A DNA stretch of 43,139 nucleotides, taken from assembly GCA_032718475.1 (NCBI GenBank), contig JAUCBJ010003560.1:1-43139 (forward strand). The letters are read 5' to 3'. The translations under genes were made by a program, and so were the position numbers. Positions 36,647-43,139 of the stretch are shown one piece after another (position 1 is the first letter of the stretch; every line of letters starts with the position of its first letter). The notes below the pieces were generated by a model. That model searched no databases. It was not told the origin of the DNA and saw nothing but the letters and a program-made list of their open reading frames with translations. The DNA comes from Nemertoderma westbladi (lineage: Eukaryota > Animalia > Xenacoelomorpha).

Positions 36647-37533
36647 CAGACAGGGCGGACACGGTTGATCAACTCGAATGAACTTCACTTCCGCTGGGAG
36701 GCGCCACGCACCCACCGGCTGTTTCTTCTCGACGAGTTTGGTAAGAACCGCGGTGTGACAGACGGCGGGACAGGTGTGTCCGCAGCCCAGCGGTTTCAGA
36801 CACTCCTGCACACAGGGGGGACACTCCCCGAAGTGGCAGCGGTGGGGGGCCCTCCGTGCGTGGTTGCATACAGGCGGGTGGCGGCACAACTCCAGACAGC
36901 GGGGCGGCTTGGCGCCGCGTTGTCTGCCGCACGGCACGCTGGTGACGCTGGAACCGCAGGCGCAGGACACCGGGGCCATCTCGGTACACGGGTAACACCT
37001 ACCGGGGTGGCACCGGGACGGACAGCGGTGGTTCCTACAGGCCAACCACTTGCCGCATTGTTGCTCGCATTGCGGACACGATGTCCCATCGCAGCACTTC
37101 CGTTTACACGGGTGTCTCCCGCAATCTCGCAGATTCCCGCACTTAATATCGCAGAAAAACTCCCGACCGCACACAACATCCTTCTGTTTTTGTCCACATC
37201 GACATCGCTTCGTTAGGTTGTGATTACAGGAGCCGCACGGGCCGTAGTGGCAGCGCTGGAAGCAGCGGTGACGACCGCAGTTGAGCAACCGGTTGCAAGT
37301 GTCGCCGCACGTTGGGACCTCCTGGTCGCACGGGAGCACGTAGGTGGACTTACCGCAGGGACAGGGGCGTTCGCCCGAGCGGGGACACTCGCCACACTCA
37401 CCGCTGTGGCACACCGTGGAGCACTGGTGCTGCCCGCAGGCCAACGACTTGTCGCACACCGAGCCGCACTGCCAGACTGGGTCGTAACACGGTCGAAGGT
37501 TCATCTCACTGCCACAGTTACAGTTAACCAAAC
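36647..37533 (-). CDS. NFXL1: NFXL1 penultimate coding exon (tandem NF-X1 zinc fingers); upstream exons were not found in the window
   Basis: Acceptor tttgtag| at 37533 and donor CTG|gttagt at 36647/36646. Repeats of C...L.CG.H.C...CH.G.C..C; CPRSG.R.CPCGK, PTCGDTC...L.CG.H.C..RCH.GPC and KRKCC, as in NFXL1. Confidence 0.92.
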
Positions 37534-37969
37534 CTACAAAGGAATATAATACCGAGAAAATTATACAACCAGAGTTTATTCGCATAAATAAGTAGAGAAA
37601 ATCTCAATTTCATTAAATAACACTTTTGACGAGAAAATATTTTTACACATTTACCACGTTTGAAAGAAGTGTTTCACCATTATTGCACCAGTTGCACTGC
37701 AGTAATTCCCCAACATTATAGTGATTTTTTGCTTGTTTATTAAAAAGCTAACCGTGCAAGCTGAGCTCAATCTGTCGTAAAATACATATATGAGCGTTCG
37801 AAAGTTGCATGGTTTTGAATCTATTTGGAGGCAATTTTAATATTTATTCATCTAATACACATAATTCTGGAACATCATGAGGTGAACCTACTCGTTTCAA
37901 ATTCCATATAAGGTAATTACGATTTGTAGTAGAAAAATATTTGGGTTGGGGGGGGGGGGGGGGGGGGGG

Positions 37970-38228
37970 TGTTGTATGTGTATTTTGGTGAAGGGGATTT
38001 TGATATAACATACAGTAGATATGTTCTTGAAGTGAGTTTAGTCATGTATCTGAAAGTCAGGAATCAGTAGTATGTATTCTGCACTTCTATGCCTATTGCA
38101 GTACATGTTGTATACTGCAGCACTGCTATATGCAGATATGATTATAAGATTATGGATTATATATGGAGGCTATATTTTAGTTATACTGATATGCATTTAT
38201 TATATTCCGGGGTATACGAAACACAACA
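37970..38228 (+). repeat. 5' LTR (259 bp, TGTTGT...ACAACA)
   Basis: TG...CA termini with a 6-bp inverted repeat; the first 69 bp are identical to 43071-43139. Confidence 0.95.
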
Positions 38229-38238
38229 TGGCGCAGTG
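38229..38238 (+). promoter_or_regulatory. Primer binding site (TGGCGCAGT, probably tRNA-Ser)
   Basis: Starts with TGG immediately after the LTR and is complementary to a tRNA ending ...ACUGCGCCA. Confidence 0.75.
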
Positions 38239-38383
38239 TGTCTGAACTTAGCGGTTCGAACTATTAGTTTGGAACGACGGAAGAGTTTACAGGTTCGTTT
38301 CGGAATTACCCTGAACTAAAAACGTATTTCTACCGGTAACATCCCCTACTGCCCTAGGCCTAAATCTGAAATCCCGCATCCTG

Positions 38384-41300
38384 ATGGCTGACTCGGAACT
38401 CACTCGTCGCCTGAGAAAGAGTCACTCAGGGTACAAGTCTGCCTACACTCGGAACTCGAATCAATTAGTTGCGCTGATCGACGATATCCGCCAGGATACC
38501 CAAACTGTTCAACCTCAGGTTGTTCTCGACTCCCTGCAGGAGTTACTCGCAAAGGTTCAAACTGCCTTCGAACGTGTCGGCGAGTCTCTAATAACTCTAC
38601 AGACCAACGATGTTGACTGTGCGGCAGAGGAGACAGACTATGATCAATGCGCGGATTCGGCAATCAGGTTCCGTTCCACGGTTTTACAGATTTTGAGGGG
38701 ACAGTCGGACGCCGTGGTGCAGCCAACAGGCCAGTCTCCGACTACAACCACGGATACCCATTCCCCCCGAGCAGATAATGCCCCACGAGCTCCGGTGAAC
38801 AAACCACCAACTCTTGACGACGATGTCACGATACAGCAGTTTAATATCTGGCTGAAATCGTGGAGAAATTACGCCAAGGTTGTCCAACTCGGTAAACAAC
38901 CTCGAGACGAGCAGGTTTCCGCCTTCTTCGGATATTGTACACCCGCGCTGCTATCGAAAATGGAGCACGCCGTCCACATTCCGCAAGATACTCCGCGTAC
39001 TTTGGACGAAGTACTAGGTGAGTTTGAAAACTATCTCCGCGGAAAACAAAACATTGCTTTGGACCGTCTCGAATTGACTTTGTGTAGACAACTGGAGGGA
39101 GAGAACTTCGACGATTTCTACACGCGGTTGTGCGAAGCGTCAAACATTGCGGGGCTCAGATCGATGGACGAGGATGCGTGGATGTCTACACTCATCACAG
39201 TGGGAATATCAAACGAGGAAATACGCCAAGATTTACTCGCCAAGTTCCCAGCTCTCAATCACGAAGAGTCGGTGAAATTTTGTAGAAGCGAGGAGACTGC
39301 ACGTGTTCACAGGGCCAAGGTAAAAAGTGTTTTAACCGGTAGCTCCCATGGATCGGCTATATCGGCGGCGACCAGCTCCGACTCCGCGAGGAATAGGGAA
39401 GATTTTCGGGGCCGCGGTTTTAAACGCAACGCTTTCCCACGAGGACAGCGATCTAAAAGTAAAACAAATCGATCGCAATCGAGAGGGGGACAATCGGAGG
39501 CCAAATGTCCTTCTTGCGGCTACTTTAAACATGTAGACGGTAAACCTTGCCCTGCCAAAAACCAGATCTGTATGAAATGCCACAAACGCAACCACTTCGC
39601 GCAGGTTTGTCACTCTAAACCTGCTGCCACACGGAACTCAGGCTCATCCAATGCTCTGACGAGTTCAGCCCTAAGTGTGGCCACTGTCGGCAGTGATAAG
39701 CCACCAAGAGTCAATGTTTCGCTTTATCACCCAGCCGACGGCAGTCTTATTGGCTGCCAACCTGCCATTCCAGACACAGGTTCTGAATGTACAGTTTCTG
39801 GTATCCAGCTATTACTAGATCTCGGAATTGATGTTGCGAATTTAATTCCCCCCAACAATGACAAGTTGATCAGCATCAATGGGAAAATGCTAAATCAACT
39901 TGGTCGTGTATCATTTTATTTTATTCTAGAAGGTAGAAAAGTTTTGGAAGAAGTTAAAGTGTGTGAAGGTGTTGCACATTTATATATTTCACTTGATATG
40001 TGCAAGGCTCTGGAAATTGTTTCGCACAATTTTCCGAACCCTTCACCATTAATTAACGGTAAACATGATAAATCTAATGTTAATATGTCAGCATGCCTAA
40101 CGCCAGACAAGCCCAGCACTGAGCCATTGTTTACCGTGAGAGACAGACTGAAATGGCTGTCGGGGCTACCAGAGTTTCCCTCTGAACAGGTCATAAAGGA
40201 GGTCTATAATAAACTCTGTAATGTTTATAGTAAAGTTTTTGATTCAAAATCTGAACTGCGGGCAATGTCTGGTCCAACTGTAGGTGACCCTATGAAAATT
40301 TACCTAAAAGACGACTGCAAACCTTTTGCAGTTCATTCAGCACGGGCCATCCCATTTGCTAAAAGAGAACTGGTTAAAACTGAGCTCGACGCATGGGTTG
40401 CCCGTGGTGTTATTAAACCTGTAGGAGACAGACCCACTCAGTGGTGTCACCCACTGGTAGTTGCCTCCAAGTCTGATGGTGGTATACGGTTGTGTGTGGA
40501 CCTTACCAATCTAAATAAACAGGTCGAGCGTGTGGTCCATCCCGGGAAGTCTCCTAGCGGGGTTGTGGCTGAAATTTCTCCTGCCTCAACAATCTTTACG
40601 ACCCTAGATGCTAAGTCGGGTTATTGGCAAGTGCCACTGGAACGCGATTCACAGGATTTAACTTGTTTTATCACTCCCTGGGGTCGCTATATCTTTCTGA
40701 GGGGTCCCATGGGCTTTATTAGTACGGGAGATGCGTACAACTTACGTGGTGATCTGGTCCTAGGTGATTGTGAGAATGTACATAAATTGGTAGACGACAT
40801 TCTCATTGAGGATAAGAGTTTTAATGACCACGTTAATCGTGTCTGCGATGTTCTAGAACGTTGCTTCGAACACAATATTACTTTAAATCCAAATAAATTT
40901 AAATTCGCCAAACAGGAGGTCAAATTTGCAGGTTACTTAGTTTCCGCTGATGGAATAAAGGCGGACCCCCAAAAAGTTGCTGCTATTTCTAATTTTCCGA
41001 GTCCTACCAACCGCACTGAGCTACGCTCGTTCATGGGGTTGGTGCAGCAACTAGCCTCCTTCTCTAATGAGATAAGTGGTGCGGCTGGACCACTGCGTGA
41101 TATTTTGAAAGAAAGAAACGAATTTATTTGGACAAAAAACCATGAGGTGGCCTTTAGCAAAGTTAAGGGGGCACTAATTTCACCCCCGGTATTGACAACA
41201 TTTGACCCTGCCGCCCCCACTATTCTAGAAACTGACGCTTCTAGGACTAAGGGATTGGGATTTTCATTACGACAGAAGTGCGATGGTTGTTGGAAACTAG

Positions 41301-42988
41301 TGCAATGTGGTTCTCGTTTTTTGACTGACAGTGAGACCAGATATGCGACATTAGAATTAGAGGCCCTTGCTATGGTGTATGCAACACAGAAGTGTAAACT
41401 TTATTTGTCTGGATTACCTAGCTTTATAATTATTACCGATCATCGCCCTCTACTGCCGATACTAAACAGTTACACATTGGACATGGTAGAAAATCCCAGA
41501 CTGCAAAATTTAAAGATGAAATTAAGTGCGTACAATATTGAGGTGCAATGGCGTAAAGGTAAATCGCACTGTATTCCAGACGCCTTGTCCCGTGCACCAG
41601 TGTCTGATCCCTGCTCAACAGACGAGAACGACTGTGTGATCACCACCCAGTATATGTCGGCGGCCGTGGAATGCGCTTTCTCTGCTTTGTCAGACGGTGA
41701 CACTAATCCGACTTACATTGACCCCGTTCTAGAACGCATTAGGAAGGTAGCTGCCCAAGATAGCGACTACTTGGCCCTAATTGGTGCGATTGTGTGTGAC
41801 TTTCAAGGTGACTCAGTTAACAATCGCCTTGTTCAACAGCTGAAAAAAGTGTGGACTGAATTATCTGTCGACAGGGGGTTGGTTATTTTTGGTAGACGAA
41901 TTATAATTCCCCAGGAATGTCGAAAGGAAGTTCTAGAACGGATCCACGATTCCCACCAGGGGATTGAAAGGTCAAAACGCCGCGCTCGAGAATGCGTTTA
42001 TTGGCCGGCCATTAACAGTGACCTTGAGAATATAGTTAGGTCGTGCGTTAAATGCAATGAACGGTTGCCTAGCAACCCCAGCGAACCCTATACATGTGAC
42101 CCAATTCCTACACGAGTTTTTGAGTCAGTTTCTAACGACTTATTTGCATATGGCGGTCACACCTATTTAGTTTATACTGACCGACTGTCCGGTTTCCCTT
42201 TTATATCGAGATGGAATTCCGACCCATCCTCCAGCCAGGTCACCGCCCGAATACGAGAATATTTTGTCCAGACTGGAGTTCCCGTACACCTCCGCTCTGA
42301 TGGGGGACCACAGTTTAATTCGAAACATTTTCGGGAATTTTGTGATAATTGGGGTGTTCTATGGGAGCCATCCAGCCCATATAACCCAAGATCCAACGGC
42401 CATGCCGAGATTAACGTCAAGATATTGAAAAATCTTGTTGCCAAGGCCGATGATGGCAAGATAGATACTGAGCCTTTTCTAGAGGGCCTACTCGAGTTGC
42501 GCAACACTCCACGACAAAACGGACAATCACCCGCCCAAATTGTCTACGGACATCCTTTGCGGTCCCAGGTTCCAGCCCATTTCCGCTCCTTTGCCCCAGA
42601 ATGGCAACAGGCTGCTGAGAAAGCCGACGAAATTGCCTGGCGTGCTTCTAAGCAGGCACAAATCCGTTACAATCGAACTACTCGGGAGCTCAAAAAACTA
42701 CCAGTTGGAACCAAAGTGCTTATCCAGAACCCTATCTCCAAACGATGGTCTCGTACAGGGGTTATAATGGATACAGGAAAGCACCTCGATTATTTCGTCA
42801 AGTTGCCATCTGATCGGCTACTGAGGCGAAATCGCCGATTTCTACGCCCAGCCCATGATAGCCAAGGAAGTACGCCACCTAGCGACGTTCATGAGAAACC
42901 CTTTCCATCGAACCAACTTCCACCAATAACTCCTATATTGAGACGTGGCGATCGCGTTAGGACAAAGACTGTACGATTCCAATTGTAA
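38384..42988 (+). CDS. Gag-Pol polyprotein, 1534 aa (gag with two Zn knuckles, protease, RT, RNase H, integrase)
   Basis: CPSCG...H....CPAK...C.KC.K.NHFA.VC; protease DTGS; RT LCVDL..LNK, LDAKSGYWQ, FITPWGRY, LVDD; RNase H TDAS, ELEALA, TDHRPL; integrase H..HQG...C..C, SDGGPQF, SNGHAE. The domain order PR-RT-RH-IN is that of gypsy. Confidence 0.98.
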   Translation: MADSELTRRLRKSHSGYKSAYTRNSNQLVALIDDIRQDTQTVQPQVVLDSLQELLAKVQTAFERVGESLITLQTNDVDCAAEETDYDQCADSAIRFRSTVLQILRGQSDAVVQPTGQSPTTTTDTHSPRADNAPRAPVNKPPTLDDDVTIQQFNIWLKSWRNYAKVVQLGKQPRDEQVSAFFGYCTPALLSKMEHAVHIPQDTPRTLDEVLGEFENYLRGKQNIALDRLELTLCRQLEGENFDDFYTRLCEASNIAGLRSMDEDAWMSTLITVGISNEEIRQDLLAKFPALNHEESVKFCRSEETARVHRAKVKSVLTGSSHGSAISAATSSDSARNREDFRGRGFKRNAFPRGQRSKSKTNRSQSRGGQSEAKCPSCGYFKHVDGKPCPAKNQICMKCHKRNHFAQVCHSKPAATRNSGSSNALTSSALSVATVGSDKPPRVNVSLYHPADGSLIGCQPAIPDTGSECTVSGIQLLLDLGIDVANLIPPNNDKLISINGKMLNQLGRVSFYFILEGRKVLEEVKVCEGVAHLYISLDMCKALEIVSHNFPNPSPLINGKHDKSNVNMSACLTPDKPSTEPLFTVRDRLKWLSGLPEFPSEQVIKEVYNKLCNVYSKVFDSKSELRAMSGPTVGDPMKIYLKDDCKPFAVHSARAIPFAKRELVKTELDAWVARGVIKPVGDRPTQWCHPLVVASKSDGGIRLCVDLTNLNKQVERVVHPGKSPSGVVAEISPASTIFTTLDAKSGYWQVPLERDSQDLTCFITPWGRYIFLRGPMGFISTGDAYNLRGDLVLGDCENVHKLVDDILIEDKSFNDHVNRVCDVLERCFEHNITLNPNKFKFAKQEVKFAGYLVSADGIKADPQKVAAISNFPSPTNRTELRSFMGLVQQLASFSNEISGAAGPLRDILKERNEFIWTKNHEVAFSKVKGALISPPVLTTFDPAAPTILETDASRTKGLGFSLRQKCDGCWKLVQCGSRFLTDSETRYATLELEALAMVYATQKCKLYLSGLPSFIIITDHRPLLPILNSYTLDMVENPRLQNLKMKLSAYNIEVQWRKGKSHCIPDALSRAPVSDPCSTDENDCVITTQYMSAAVECAFSALSDGDTNPTYIDPVLERIRKVAAQDSDYLALIGAIVCDFQGDSVNNRLVQQLKKVWTELSVDRGLVIFGRRIIIPQECRKEVLERIHDSHQGIERSKRRARECVYWPAINSDLENIVRSCVKCNERLPSNPSEPYTCDPIPTRVFESVSNDLFAYGGHTYLVYTDRLSGFPFISRWNSDPSSSQVTARIREYFVQTGVPVHLRSDGGPQFNSKHFREFCDNWGVLWEPSSPYNPRSNGHAEINVKILKNLVAKADDGKIDTEPFLEGLLELRNTPRQNGQSPAQIVYGHPLRSQVPAHFRSFAPEWQQAAEKADEIAWRASKQAQIRYNRTTRELKKLPVGTKVLIQNPISKRWSRTGVIMDTGKHLDYFVKLPSDRLLRRNRRFLRPAHDSQGSTPPSDVHEKPFPSNQLPPITPILRRGDRVRTKTVRFQL

Positions 42989-43057
42989 AATAATATTTTG
43001 GTTTCTATTTTAGATTAAGTTTAAAGCGAAATAAAACTCATTTTATATTTCGCTTTT

Positions 43058-43070
43058 AAAAAAAGGGAAG
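43058..43070 (+). promoter_or_regulatory. Polypurine tract
   Basis: aaaaaaagggaag directly precedes the 3' LTR TG. Confidence 0.9.
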
Positions 43071-43139
43071 TGTTGTATGTGTATTTTGGTGAAGGGGATT
43101 TTGATATAACATACAGTAGATATGTTCTTGAAGTGAGTT
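43071..43139 (+). repeat. 3' LTR (partial)
   Basis: 69/69 identical to 37970-38038. Confidence 0.96.

Larger units (their letters stand above)
37970..43139 (+). mobile_element. Full-length Ty3/gypsy LTR retrotransposon (Mag-like); the 3' LTR is cut by the window end
   Basis: 5' LTR, PBS, uninterrupted gag-pol ORF, PPT and 3' LTR occur in canonical order. Confidence 0.97.

Noticed and set aside
33376-37549. Many overlapping alternative-frame ORFs over the NFXL1 exons
   Set aside because: Expected shadows of GC-rich coding sequence; no recognisable domains.
38400-42767. Small antisense or alternative ORFs in the gypsy element, or an env gene
   Set aside because: Shadow ORFs; only ~80 bp separate the pol stop from the 3' LTR, leaving no room for env.

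Overview
This is AT-rich, repeat-dense animal (most likely invertebrate) nuclear DNA, not prokaryotic. It holds four host genes: an intronless long-chain fatty acid transport protein (FATP/SLC27A, +); a two-exon secreted protein with three tandem Cys-rich domains resembling COLFI/Caspr, broken by one extra A in an A8 run (+, assembled by hand); twisted gastrulation (-); and the last two exons of NFXL1 (-). An apparently intact, young Mag-type Ty3/gypsy LTR retrotransposon lies antisense in an NFXL1 intron. Also present are a non-autonomous AcademX-like DNA transposon, several LINE/SINE/MITE/foldback relics and four large minisatellite arrays. The three most striking observations are: (1) a CRE-like RLE retrotransposon 3' end joined directly to a histone H3 3' fragment; (2) a minimal hammerhead ribozyme framed by a perfect 51-bp inverted repeat (Penelope-like); (3) the triple-COLFI-like secreted protein. 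All calls come from reading the sequence by eye; no database searches were run.
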